From the human T2T-CHM13v2.0 reference genome, Homo sapiens, in NCBI RefSeq assembly GCF_009914755.1, contig NC_060930.1: a stretch of 64,000 nt of DNA. One strand, given 5' to 3'. A model generated the notes under the pieces. The model searched no databases. It worked only from the letters and a program-made list of their open reading frames with translations, and was not told the DNA's origin. Both the position numbers and the translations under genes were made by a program. How positions within the stretch are numbered: the first letter of the stretch is position 1; each line of letters opens with the position of its first letter. Positions 1 through 15,330 of the stretch are shown here, piece after piece.

Positions 1-949
1 TCATTCAGTCCAGAAATCTGACCTCACGCACATGAAAGTGGCCTGAGCACTTTGGTTCTAACTTATGGTTCTTCTGTCGCTGTGTTTTATGTACAGACAT
101 CTCAGATGCAGTGTTCTTGTATGTCCCATCAAGAGATTGTTGCCATTCTTAATGGATATAAATGTAGTAGGTTTGTTATACTGCATAGAGACCATGTCAT
201 ACTGGGGTAATGTTGGTTCAGGGTTGGCAAGAATCTGATCTGGTAAGAGGGAATGAGCAGATTGCTGAAAACTGAATGTTAGAAGTTGCACCCTGGTGGC
301 CCTGGGCCAATTCCTTACATAGTGCTTGCTCTGTTCTTGGAAACATGAGGGATTTCCCTAAAGGACTTATAATATATGGTATGAATGAGCAGGATAAATA
401 ATTCACTGTGGCTCAGGATCAGATAGGATAAATATTGTGGTGAAGATGCAGTGGATGATCTGGAATATCTGAGAAGGGTGAAATTAATAGCAGCCAGTGC
501 AATCAGGAAAGATGTGGAGGATCAGGGGACATTTGAGTTGGGCCACTTTCTGTGCTTGACAGAATAAATATCCCATTTGTCTTGCTTTTGCGATTCTTAT
601 TTGATTTCACAGAGACTTTAAGCAATTTTACCTCAAGTTTTCGCTTGAGTTTTGCTAGGTCTGAAGAGTGGTAAGTAAATTTAGCTATGAGTGTTGATGG
701 ATTTTTGAAATCAGATAGGAGGAACCCTGATTCTCTGTTAAGAGACTTAGTTTCTGATCACCTCAGTTTAGCCTTTAGAGCCTGTGCCTCCCCTTGTTTT
801 GAAAGTGCTCCCCTTTCCTTCAAGTGTGGACTTTATGTCCTCCTCCGTTTTCTACCCCTGGCAGTGAACACTACTAGGTGTTCAGCGGATGCCTGTGGAA
901 CTGAACTCACCTCGATGTCCTTTGTGATGTCCTCTGGCATCTCTGTGGG

Positions 950-1370
950 CGGAGCTCCCTGCTACTCCCCTCTCCAGCCACAGGTCAGGCACGCTCCTTC
1001 CCAGGGCTCCTGTGTTTGATGCTACTCTGCCTGTCTACCTCAGACCCCCTCACGGCTCTTTACTTTATTCAGATATTCTCAAAGATCACCTTCTTAGAGA
1101 GGTCTTTTCTGATGACCTTATCTCAAATATCACTCATTTCCTTTTTATCCCCTTCCTTTGCTGCCTCTGCTTCCTTTGCTCACTTTTGGCCCTTATCACC
1201 ACATAGGCATCATAGGATCTATTTGTTTGCTTATTCGCTCACTCTCTCCCTCCTCCTAGAAATCAAGCTCCATGAGGGCAGACTTTGTCTTTTTCCATCT
1301 GCATCTCCAGCCCCTAGAAGGCGCACTTCACGTGTCTGCTGAGTACATGCGTGAGTAGCTCCATAAACAG
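950..1370 (+). mobile_element. L2 3' fragment
   Basis: ctagaaatcaagctccatgagggcagactttgtc...ctccagcccctagaa resembles the L2 3' end; ends approximate. Confidence 0.65.
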
Positions 1371-1734
1371 GACCTCATTTGGCTCCTTCACCAAATAGAG
1401 TGGGCTGTTTCTATTCATCAAAACCTCCAAATCCAGCACAGTGCCCGGCATGTCTACACATGCAATCAGTTTTTAAAGGAATGGAGAGAGGCCTTTGAGG
1501 GGGGATTCAAAAGCCACAGGGCCTCACCAGTCATATTCTTCCATGCCCTCCACAGTGCTTTAGATGCCATCCCAAAACATAGGTGCCGCCGAGGTGCATA
1601 GGGCAAGGCTTGCTGCGCTTCAGCATCATGTGAAAGCAGGTTAGCTTTTTTGACATGCTAGGCCTCTCAATACTATTATACTTGCTCAAACTTCTAGAAG
1701 TTTCCATGAATGATTTAAGTCCTGGGGAGCCCAT

Positions 1735-1860
1735 CATGGTAGACTTTACAAATGCAGAGACAGTAGTGTGGAAAATCAAGTGAATTGTCCAAGGTCAAAA
1801 AATGACAAGTGGCGGAGGCGAGTTTTGAAGTCAGTTTGGCTAACCGCAGAGCCCAAGCTC
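1735..1860 (-). mobile_element. MIR fragment
   Basis: tttacaaatgcagagac...tgaattgtccaaggtca...agtggcggag is the reverse MIR core. Confidence 0.55.
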
Positions 1861-3389
1861 CTAACTTAGGTTCCATAGCTTCATCACGCAGGCTTGCTGT
1901 GACTGCTCCAGGACCCATTAAGATCAGTCTGAGCATTTGTCTTGCAAGTCAAGGGCAGCTATTGCATTTCTGCACAATCTTTACAGGTTAAACTTTGCTT
2001 AGGAATCTCCTAGGCTGTGTTTAAGGTTGTTTTCTCTGGTTCTTGATGCATTATATGCTGCTTTTGTTTGTCGGTGAGCAGCCCTTTGGTGCTTACAGTT
2101 TTAGAAAACCTAATAGGACAGCTGTGATAGGGAGGAAGACCTAGATTGTAAGTAACTCTTTTCTTGAGCTGCCAAAAAGGAAGAAACTTGGGTGGAGGGG
2201 GATGTTACTACCATCCTGTCTGAAGCTGAAATACCAAACAAGGAGATTAGAGTTCTCCAGTTTCGTTTAGATTTTGTTTAATGTGTTCCCCAGTCCCCAA
2301 AACTTCTAGATGGGCTTTTGGAGGAGAAGGTAGAGAAAAAGAAGGAAAAAAGGCCTCTGGTTGGAAACGTTGCTGCTTTTTGCAGTGAAGTCACTATCTT
2401 TTTTCCTTTTCTTTTCTAATTGTTTTGAGGGAGTTTTAGTGCTGACATAGGATGTCCAAACTTAATCACCTTTAAACCAGTCATGGAGGCAAAAGTTAGA
2501 AAACGATGAAAGGCTTGCTTCATCCTGCCTTTTTGTTAAGATCAAAGGCAGTTTAAATCTTAGTTTCAGGGCTCCTTGGGGACGTGAACTGAGAGGGCTG
2601 AGATAGTTGAGTTCTAATAGAACTAAATTGGTAGCTGATAGGCCCGCACTCTCAGCCGCTTTAACCAGCCTTGGTGTTTCCTCTTTCTCAGTTCTTCTTA
2701 ATTATTCTAGTCATCGCGTTGCTGCTGAATTATGTCCACTACATATTCACTTCATGTTGTTGTTCCAGTTAGATCAGACAGTCCTTGTTTGGCCAAATGC
2801 CATGAGCTCCATCAAAGAGAGTTTTTGATCTGCCGCTGATTTCGTGTGTGATTTGGGGCAAATAATTTGTTTTTAGATTCTTAGTGTCACCTGTGCTATA
2901 ATGATGATATTTTCTCTTGTGTGGCAATTTGAAAATAAGTGTGACAATGGTACCTCACAGATTTTCCAGATCCATGTCACTTGCCATCACCCTGATCCAT
3001 TGTCAGGCATAGTCATATACTTTTTGGTTTGGAAAATGAGGTCATTGTACAAATGTGTTAAAGAGATTTAATTGCATTTAGCTTCTTGTTTAGAAAGTGC
3101 TATAGAAGTTCAGGCTTAGTGGAGGATGGGGTATCACGATGTCCCTCAGGCTCCTCACCTTGTCTTCACCATCCTTAGTTGGCAATGAACAAATAGCCTA
3201 GATATCGAAATACATGTATCTTGCTTTTTAAACATTTATTTTTAATTGACAAAAACTTTATATATTTGTTGTATACATTATGATGTTTTAAAATAGCTAT
3301 ACATTATAGAGTGGCTAGATTGAGCTAATTAACATATATATTACCTCACATATCATTTTTATGGTGAGAACACTTAAAAACCAACTCTT

Positions 3390-4061
<672 letters not shown>

Positions 4062-6155
4062 TAATACGTTGTTATTAAGTATAATTGCCTTATTGTACAG
4101 TAAATCTCTTGAATTTATCCCTCCTGACTGAAATTTTGTTCCTTTGACCAACATCTCCCCAACATCACCCCCTCCAGCTCCTGGTAACCACCATTCTATG
4201 CTCTGCTTCTGTGAGTTCAGCATTTTTAGATTCCATATGTAAGTGAAATCATACAGTATTTGTCTTTTTGTTCCTGGCTTATTTTATTACCATAATGTCC
4301 TCTAGGTTGATAAATGTTATTACAAATGACAGGATTTTCCTTCCTTTCCTAAGGAAAGTATGTCATTGTTTATATATACCACATCTTCTTTATTCATTTG
4401 TCCATTGATGGACAGGTAGGTTGATTCCATATCTCAGCTACTGTGAGTAATGCTGCAATGAGCATGGAAGTGCAGATATTTCTTCCATATACTGATTTTA
4501 TTCCGTTTGGATATACCCAGTAGTACAATTGCTGGTTCATATGGTAGTTATATTTTTAATTTTCTGAGGAACTTCATACTGTTTTCTGTAAATGGCTGTA
4601 CTAATTTTTGTTTTTACCAACAGTGTGCAAGGTGCTCTTTTCTCTACATCCTTGCTAACACTTACCTTTTGTCTTTTCGGTAATAGCCATTCTAATAGGT
4701 GTGAGGTGATATATCATTTTGGTTTTAATTTGCATTTCTCTAATGACTAGTGATGTTGAGCATTTTTTCATATACCTATTGGCCATTTGTATGTCTTCTT
4801 TTGAGAAATGTCTTTTCAGATCTTTTGCCCAATGTTTCCAATCAGGTTATTTGCTTTCTTGCTATTGAGTTGTTTTGAGTTCTTTATATATTTTGGATAT
4901 TAACCTCTTAGCAGATGTATGGTTTGCAAATATTTCCTCCTATTCCATAAGTGGTCTTTTTACTGTGCTGGCGGTTTCCTTTGCTGTACAGAATCCCACT
5001 TTTTCTACTTAAAATTTATCTTACGATTCTAAACCTAATATCTACATGCTCATTAAAGTGGCTTGTCACCCATATACAGCTGTGTTTTATTAACATTTTG
5101 ATTTTTTTGTCTTCTTTTCCTTGCGCATAGATGATTCCCCCTTTCTTTTACAATATTATTATTATAAAAGCACTATGTGAATAGATTCTCACTGTTAAGT
5201 GTTTTAAACTGTGGTAGAATACAGAACGCAATAGGAAAGTCTCTCTTCATCATCTGCAGTGCTCCCTAACACAGAGATTTTCTTCCCCAGAGGTGAGCAC
5301 AATCAGCATTTGGTGAGTGCTCTTCCAGTCACCATCCATTTGCAGCGGTGTGTATTATACAATGCCTTCTTTCGTCGCTTTCTTATAACATGGTATGTCT
5401 TGGGAAATCTTTCCATGTCAGGACTTAAAGGTCCAATTTGTTTTCTTTCCTTTGTTATTACTGTTGTCGTTGATGGTTACGTAGTATTGTATTTTAGGAG
5501 TATACCTAATATTTTACTGCTTGCCTATGGATAGACATTAAGTTTTTAGTTTTTAACTCTTACAATGAAGCAGTCCTGTACCAGCATGTGTCTTTGTGCA
5601 CATGTGCAAGTATTTCTGTTGGGTAATTGCCTGGAAGTGGAATTGCTGGCTCAAAGTGAATCCTATTTTTGGTTTTGGTCGATGGTGCCAAATTGTCTTC
5701 CCAAAGGAATTTACCAGTTTAAACTCATACCAGTGGTGTTTAAGAGTGCTTGTTTTCCTAATATTTAGAAACACTTGATAATATCATTATGTTCATTTTT
5801 GTCAATGAATGTTTTAATTTGCATTCTTCTAGATTGTGTCTCTGTAGATCTGACCTTGTCTACTTTCTGCCTTTTAGTAATTCCTCAGCATTGCTGCTTA
5901 CTTGATGGTGTCTTTTAAAATTTTCTTGGTGTGAATCTGTTTATCTGTCTATAGCTCTCTATCTGTGTAGGGTGGGATATCTTTTCTGTCACTTCAGGGA
6001 ACTTTAGACAGGAGGTAGAGTAAACTTGTGCACTTAATCTACTCTCCTGATAAATTTCATCCTTTCTGAGCTATGACTTTATAGTATTTACAATTTTGTT
6101 TCTTTTTTCTCCTTAACATTATAATCTTTTTTTGTCTTATTACATAGCAATGTAA

Positions 6156-6534
<379 letters not shown>

Positions 6535-6621
6535 AAAATTTTATAAATAATATTGTTTCCAACACTAAGCATAAAGGCTCTGGGCTCAGATGGCTTTACT
6601 GGTGATTCTTTATAATTTTAG

Positions 6622-6957
<336 letters not shown>

Positions 6958-6989
6958 TAGACAGCTGCCCAGCTGACCTGTGACTTTAA

Positions 6990-7540
6990 CCTAACACTGA
7001 TACCATCCAGTAACAGTAGCACAAAAAGCAAGAACTTTAAATCAGTCTCAATTATGAATATAGATCCTAAATAATCTACTCTCAAGTAGATGCTCTCAAG
7101 TAGAATTTACCAATAAGGTCATAATGGAAATGGCCAATTAAGTTTACTCCAAGAATGGCTTAATATTAAGAAACCTATTGATAACATATTAGGTTGTAAA
7201 ATGTGAAAAACTATTATCTCCATAGATGCAGAAAATATATTTAACCAACTATTTCTAATAACACTTTTTGGGGGAAAAAAAATAGGATACTTCCTTTACA
7301 AGTTACAGAGTATCTACCTCAAACCATTAGAGGCATTCTCATTAGAAGCAGGAACAAAACAAGTTTGCCCTCTGCTACTTGATATTATTTTAGAAGCTCT
7401 AGCCAATGCAGTAAAGTTTGCAGAAACAGAAATAAGAACTAAGGCTTTTAGGATTATTTGATATTATTTTAGAAGCTCTGGTCAATGCAGTAAGGCCAAT
7501 GCAGAAACAGAAATAAGAACAAAGGCTTTGAGGATTAAGT
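6990..7540 (+). mobile_element. Old L1 ORF2 fragment containing a ~80-bp tandem duplication (7379-7537)
   Basis: atctccatagatgcagaaaa and ttagaagctctagccaatgcagtaa are L1 ORF2-like; the unit is repeated twice. Confidence 0.65.
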
Positions 7541-8122
7541 AAGGTAACATTTCAGCTTCCCTCCTATGGTATTTTTAAGTCAGATAAGACACTCCAATTA
7601 TAGATTGTTATTTTTTTAATTAATAAGACATCTTTACAAAGGAAAGGCAAAATCGTCTCTTGCATCTTAAGACACGTCTCCTGGTGCTTTTTTGTCCTTG
7701 ATCCTTGCTCGTTGGCTCGTCTTGATTATCTGATCTGTGTTGAGGTCTCTCTCAAACCTTCAGTCACCAGTACAGGAGTGAGAGGTCAATACCTGTGACT
7801 GGCGGAGAGGTTTGGTTCTGTCTTTGATGACCTTTCAATGAGCTGTTTTTGCAATCCTGGGAGTACTAGAAGAACAGACTCTTAAGCGATGACACTGTTG
7901 TCTTGAAACTTGACTCTGTTCAGCAAACCATTGCAGTGTACCCTCAGTGCTATGCATCTCTGCAGTGTATAGCTGCTGTGTGTTATCAGGAGTCATTTGG
8001 AAGTAACTGGTCTGGTTGAACACCACACAGAAATCTTTACTAATTAGCTAGCTATCTCTAACTTTGGTTTGTGACTTCGGTCTGTGAAATCTATGTCTCT
8101 CTCTTTTTTTTTTCCCTGATAG

Positions 8123-8203
8123 CATGTGGAGAGGGCCAAATGTGAACTGTGTTGACAGCACTGGCTACACACCCCTGCACCATGCTGCTTTGAATGGCCA
8201 TAA
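8123..8203 (+). CDS. ANKS1A: ANKS1A coding exon 2 (81 nt, phase 2-2): [26 protein letters not shown], ankyrin repeat
   Basis: Acceptor tttttccctgatAG ends at 8122; donor GTAAGT at 8204; TPLH ankyrin motif. Confidence 0.96.
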
Positions 8204-8289
8204 GTAAGTATCAATGTACTACATTCCTGCCTTCACCCTTCAGAACCCAGGCCTTCACGTTGCCTTTTCATTTCCTAGAAAAGTTTGCT

Positions 8290-8600
8290 GGCTGAGCTTA
8301 GTGGCTCATGCCTGTAATCCCAGCACTTTGGGAGGCCGAGGTGGGAGGATCACATGAAGCTGAGTTTGAGAGCAGCCTGGGCAACAAAGCAAGCCTCCAT
8401 CTCCACAAAAAAAAAAAAAAAAAATTTTTTTTAATTAATCAGGCGTGGTAGCATGCCTGAAGTCCTAGCTACTCAGGAGGCTAAGGCAGGAGGATTGCTT
8501 AAGCCCAGGAGTTTGAGGCTGCAGAGAGCTATGATTGTGCCATTGCATTCCAGCCTGGTTGACAGAGCGACCCTATCTCTAAAAAACAAAAACAAAACAA
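8290..8600 (+). repeat. Alu (AluJ-like)
   Basis: Dimer with a long A/T linker; TSD aa(a/g)gtttgct. Confidence 0.92.
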
Positions 8601-9291
8601 AGGTTTGCTAAGCGGTGGCACTGAGAAACAGAGAAAAACAAACGTAAGTTCAGTTCATTCAGCATTTCTGTGTCTTTCTTTCATGTATAATTTAAACATC
8701 CTTCCCCACCCTACCCACCAAAAAATCTTCAGCCAAGAGTTAAGTTTTACCTTTTCTTCTGCTTGTTCTTTTTCCCTCTGGAATGTTCCAGTGCTACATA
8801 ATGTTCTAGGTATGATGATCAAATTTGGGGCAGCCAGAACATAAAGGGGCTGGAATCTATTAGGTAACTAACTGCTCAATAAACTGAAAATAGATTAAGT
8901 GGTCATGAGAAAGCTGTCTTCTGTTTCAATAGTTATTTATTTACTCTCTCTTCTTGCCTGCCATTCTTTCCTCATAAAATTAGCCCTGTACACAAGAACC
9001 CTTTTTAAGGGGAAAAAAATACATTAAATGGCCTATGTAATTCTCCTGAGTATAGAGAAGTTATTAGGAACTGGGTGGGATTTGTGTGGAACGTTCTCTG
9101 GAGGAGGCATGCTTTGGGGAGAATTTGAGAGAGAAGGCATAGGCTTAAGTGATTGGGCACTGCCTTTCAGGTTGCCCAGCAAAGGGGCAGGCATTGTCGG
9201 GGAGCACAGTGAGTGGGTTTGCCAGGATGTTGAAGAATGTAAACCAGAGTGTAACAGAATAGAAGGTGTTAAAGGAAAACAAGTACTATAG

Positions 9292-9628
<337 letters not shown>

Positions 9629-10130
9629 TAGTTTTTATGAGGAGGGATTATTGGAATCATTTTAGATTTTGCTGAGCAAGGAGCTCCAGAGCCCTCTACC
9701 TTAGAGTATTTTGTGTCACTTGTCCGATATTTGACCCACCCTAATTGACTCCAACATACCAAAAAGAGGCAGTGGTTGTTTCCTTCAACATTAAACATTT
9801 CTAAAATATACTGAATATGATCATTAAGTCTTTTCTGTAGCCATCTTAGATATAGCTAAAAAGAAATCTATAGAGAACACTGTTCCCATATATAGTGGGG
9901 TAATCTGAATTAAAGTGAATCTTGAACTTAAATGACTATAGTTTGTTAGCCAAGTTCATTTCCAGATGCTGTTTTGATTTACAGTGGGGATTTTCTTTGA
10001 CCTCACATTCATAGGGATAATTATATACTGGTATGTGTTTAATTAGTGCTGTCACCAGGAAAAAAGCAAGTTCCTCTTTCTGGGGATATCAAATGATAAC
10101 ATATGTGTCTGGCTTACTTTTGCAATAACT

Positions 10131-10502
<372 letters not shown>

Positions 10503-10893
10503 TAATGTGGTGAATAATAATATTTGTCTTGTATGATTACTTTTATGTAAATTCAACACTTGAATGCTGTTTAAACATCATAAACAAGGAAACAGGTTTG
10601 GACAAAGAGTCCAGACATTTTCAAAGTAGTAGAAAACAGACGGATTACCAAGAAAGCCTAAACAGAGAGGTGATGAGTCAGCATAGCATGGCTCAAGGTG
10701 GTTCTGCTGCATATCAGCAGCTGTACAAGTAGCTCATGGAATAAAAGGAAAAGCTGGGGTGGTGAGCTCAGGTAGAGACACAGGAGCCAAATGAGATATC
10801 TGTGAAAGGGCTTTGTGCCATATAGGTGTAAAGAGCTGTTAGCTGGAAAGACTTCTGAGTTCTACCAACTCATGATTGATTTTTGCCTTCTAG

Positions 10894-11050
10894 GGATGTG
10901 GTCGAGGTTCTTCTGAGGAACGATGCGCTGACCAACGTGGCTGACTCAAAAGGCTGCTACCCTCTGCATTTGGCAGCCTGGAAAGGAGATGCCCAGATAG
11001 TGCGGTTGCTCATCCATCAAGGGCCTTCACACACCAGAGTCAATGAACAG
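10894..11050 (+). CDS. ANKS1A: ANKS1A coding exon 3 (157 nt): [52 protein letters not shown]
   Basis: Acceptor ttttgccttctAG; donor CAG|GTCGGA; the first G completes the Lys codon from exon 2; ankyrin repeat. Confidence 0.96.
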
Positions 11051-11333
11051 GTCGGAAGGAAGGGAGGCTTTCCTTCCTCCATTCAGCTATAGCCAGATGT
11101 GGCAACCCCATCACCATCTTAGCCCCATAGTTCAAATCTCAGAGAACCAGCTCTTCCTTTTCTTTCTTTTTGATAATCAGTTCCTTAGCATGGAACCACC
11201 TCTTCCATACCCTAATTGTGATTCCCCTCTTCCCAGTTCTACTCTTCTTAGTAGATCTTATACTATGAGGATGTATTTTATATGCATTTGACTCATGCAT
11301 ATTTGGAATAGTACTAGAATAAAAATGTATACA

Positions 11334-11501
11334 CAGTCAGCCCTTCGTTTCCAGGACCTCCCCATAGATACCAAAATCCAAGGATGCTCAAGTCCCTGAT
11401 GTAAAACGGCAAAGTAACATTAGCTGTCTCTGTCTGTGGGTTCCGCATGTGCAGACTTAACTAACCATGGATGGAAACCTGTGGATATGAAGGGCCAACT
11501 G
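11334..11501. mobile_element. TcMar-Tigger MITE (MER2-like, internally deleted)
   Basis: TIR-like ends CAGTCAGCCCTTC and GAAGGGCCAACTG followed by TA; internal ataccaaaatccaaggatgctcaagtccct. Confidence 0.75.
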
Positions 11502-11590
11502 TATTCACTTTATGTGCAAAATTTGAAATAATGCAAACCCTGCAAAATTGCATGGAGTCAGTTTCAAGCTAGTGAGCTTAATTAACTGTG

Positions 11591-11912
<322 letters not shown>

Positions 11913-13464
11913 TTATGCCATTGACATGGCAATGTAACTTTCCCAGTGTTTGTCAGTACTGTGTAAACCATGCTCTTGTTTTACATACATCAGAACTTGC
12001 AGCAGTATAAGTACTCATGCTAGTGCCAAAAAATGAACTCACAAATCAGGAACATGTGAGGGGAGGTCAGAGGTGATTCAGTGGAATGAAGATCATTTCC
12101 ATGATGTCCTCCGAGTAAGCATGCTTTGAAAAAGCAGAGATGATTCTTAGAAAATGAAAAAGGCAGGATTTGAGCAAAAATAACCGTATAATGGCCATGG
12201 ATTTAGTTACTCTGAGAATATACCTGTTCTTTACATTTATATCTTTGGAAAAAATTGTACTTGGATTATGCAAGTTTTAAACAAGCCTCTTACAAATACA
12301 ACTCCCTGTCATTTGGGTTGGAAGTTGTGTGCAAGTTTGAGAGGAGACGGGCATTCCTTATATGATAAGCCATTCTCCCCTTTCCTCTCTCTGCTCTGAA
12401 CTGAAGCAGATACTTTTCTCAGTTCCTAGAAGGAGGGAGATATTGATGTTTCTCAGTAAGCTTAGGACTATTTTTCTAATGACTTTGCCGAGAGGGGATT
12501 GTTAAATTACCTGTAGGATTAGATCAAAGTTTTCCCTCAAAAAATAGGAAATTATCCTGGCAAGTCCATCTGTCAGGAGACTCATGCAGCTCTCAGTTAG
12601 CTGTTAAAAGCATGACTTTGATTCTGAGGGGGGCAGCTTCATTCTGAGACATGAGAAAATTAAAATAGTGCTCCCAAATCTCTTGATTTGGAGATTGTGT
12701 GTATATAGCTGTTAATCAGCCTTCCTTTCCCCTTTTGGGCTGTATTTTCTGGGTAGGTGAGCAACAGACATTTAAAATCATCAGTGAGGATGTTTGTTTA
12801 TAACATTTGGGAATGAAAAGTATCTGTTTAGAATTACTTCTTTAGAATCTAAGTGCAATTTTACTCCTTCTAGCTAAAGTGGTCATTTCTCTTCTCTGGA
12901 GGAAATGCATAATGAAGTTTGCTTGTAACTAATATTCTTCAATGTTGGAAAGACTGGTCATCCATTAAAGTCCTTCTCATTTAAGAAATTTTCAGCAACC
13001 ATTTCTAATCCTCTTTGCTCACGTTTGCCTTGAAACACAGCTGCTTGGATTTTTGAGCTACTTGAGTGTGCTAGCTTAACCTGCTCACAGCTGCCTCCTG
13101 CTTGGAGTATCAGTTGATAAGTGGGACCCCAGCCCAGTGCTTTGAGTATCTGGTAGGCAGGTGGTGGGCAGAAGCTGGGCAAGATGTCTGCAGTAGCTTG
13201 AAGACTTTAATGGATCTAGCTAGTGGTTACAAGTACTATATTGATTCATTTTAAAACCATTAATATGGTTCCAGTAGGATGCTTAGATTAAAGGGGGGTA
13301 AGAGTAAGGTGCTCTGGAGGTTGTCTTTCTTATTAACTTCCCTTTGAGGCATCCAGAGGGCAGATTCAAGTTGTTCTAGGGTTGGGTTCCCTCAGGGCTG
13401 TGTATTGCTTTGATATATTTCATCCATTTTGTCATCACTTTTTCTTTTCCTCTCCTTTTTGTAG

Positions 13465-13527
13465 AATGCTCTTGAGATCAAAGAACTCAAAAAGTACGGC
13501 CCCTTTGACCCTTATATCAATGCCAAG
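13465..13527 (+). CDS. ANKS1A: Putative alternative cassette exon of ANKS1A (63 nt, phase 0-0): [21 protein letters not shown]
   Basis: Long polypyrimidine tract plus tAG (ttttcttttcctctcctttttgtag); donor AAG|GTGTGT; 21 stop-free codons; phase matches exons 3 and 4; ends in the ankyrin-like INAK. Confidence 0.8.
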
Positions 13528-14705
13528 GTGTGTACTTTGCTGCCAGGAATTCTCTGCATCATTTCTCCAAGCTGTACCTCCTCTTTGGTCCTCTCCGCTT
13601 CTACTCTTGTCCACTCAGGGTCCTCCTCATCATGCTGACTGTTGTCTGCTTCAGTCCATCTGCTTTTGGCTTGTCTGGGAATGGGAAAATGCAGCTGCAG
13701 TGGGTTTTGGCTTTATTTTTAAAACCCATACTAATTTGGGAAATGGTGGGTGGTTTTTTCTGGAATATTTGAAATGGCAGGAATGGGGAAATAGAAAGGA
13801 CCATATTACATGCTTAATTTACAATTTTGATTCTTAAAATTTTTTAAATGTAGTTAAGAGATGTCAAATTATCTTACTTTTTAAATAAGCATAGAAAAAA
13901 TGATTAAGTTGTACCTCCTGGAATTAAAAAATATTTTTAACCTGCTTTCTATCTGTCTTTTGAAATGGAATCTGATTTTCAGGTTTCAATAGCTAATGGT
14001 GGAGATGTGGAGGAAAGGACATGGTTGATCCGTTTTATTCCTTTAAGAGCTGTTGCATGACTCCTCTCATCTCCTGGAGTTTGTGCATCTCTGCCTGATG
14101 CTTTAAAACCACGACCCAATATCTCCAGCCATTAGCTTCTCTCTGCTTGATCACTCTTGACCCAGGAAGCGTTCTGAAATAGGAAACTATGTTGCAGGAC
14201 CAAGGGAGCCTTAGTCTCCCTCCCTGTGAGGCTGGGACAAAGAGTAGTCTGATGGGCCTGGTGATGAACAGGCCAGCCCTGTCTGCCCCTCAGCCTTTAC
14301 CACATCTGAGCAGCAGAGCTTGTTCATTGGGTGATGGTGTTAGCCTCTTTCCTTGGTGCTCTCACCCTCTGGTTTTGGTCAAAGATTTTATTCAGATGAA
14401 GTTTGCTTTTTGGCAACAGTCTGGAGTGTGCTCAAGACACTACATTATCCACATTAGCTACCTTTTACTTGTTCTGAAAACAGCTGCCTTGGGGAAGAGA
14501 AACATAAGGTACTTCTGTATGTTTCCAAACACAAGGCAGATATTTCATGCTTTTGAGAAATAGTGATTTAGCAAAGGAAGCCCCCTATGGGCTGGACCTA
14601 GGAAGGCCCTGTGGGAGATTTTGTTCAGCTGTTGGGTCTTAATGGTAGAGAAGCAATTTGACCTTAGGTAGTGGAGCACATCAGCTTTGTTTTGGCTTAC
14701 TCTTT

Positions 14706-15330
14706 CTTACCTCCTTCCCCTTCCCTTCCCCTTCCCCTTGCCCTCCCCTTCCCTTCCCCTTCCCCTTCACTTCCCCTTCCCTTCCCCTTCCCCTTCCCTT
14801 CCCCTTCCCCTTCCCCTTCCCTTCCCCTTCCCCTTGCCTTCCCCTTCCCCTTCCCTTGTGCTTCCCCTTCCCCTTCCTCTTCCCTTTCCCTTCCCTTCCC
14901 CTTCCCCTTCCCCTTCTCTTCCCCTTCCCTTCCCCTTCCATTCCCCTTCCCTTCCCCTTCCCCTTCCCCTTCCCTTCCCCTTCCCCTTCCTCTTCCCTTC
15001 CCCTTCCCCTTCCCCTTCCCCTTCCCTTCCTCTTCCCCTTCCCCCTTCCCCTTCCCTTCCCCTTCCCCTTCCCTTCCCCTTCCCCTTCTCCTTCCCGTTC
15101 CCGTTCCCCTTCCCCTTCCCCTTCGCTTCCCCTTCCCTTCCCCTTCCCCTTCCCTTCCCCTTCCCTTTCCCTTCCCCTTCCCCTTTCTCTTCCCTTCCCC
15201 TTCCTCTTCCCTTCCCCTTCCATTTCCCTTCCCCTTCCCCTTCCATTCCCCTTCCCCTTCCCTTCCCCTTTCCTTTCTTTCTTTCATTTTAAAAAGGGTC
15301 TCCCTCTGTTGCCCAGGCTGAAGTGCAGTG
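14706..15330 (-). repeat. (CCCTT/CCCCTT)n homopyrimidine tract (~580 bp) forming the tail of a 5'-truncated antisense Alu (15286-15330)
   Basis: Near-pure C/T tract; adjacent agggtctccctctgttgcccaggctgaagtgcagtg; flanking TSD ttggcttactcttt / ttggcctgctcttt. Confidence 0.9.
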
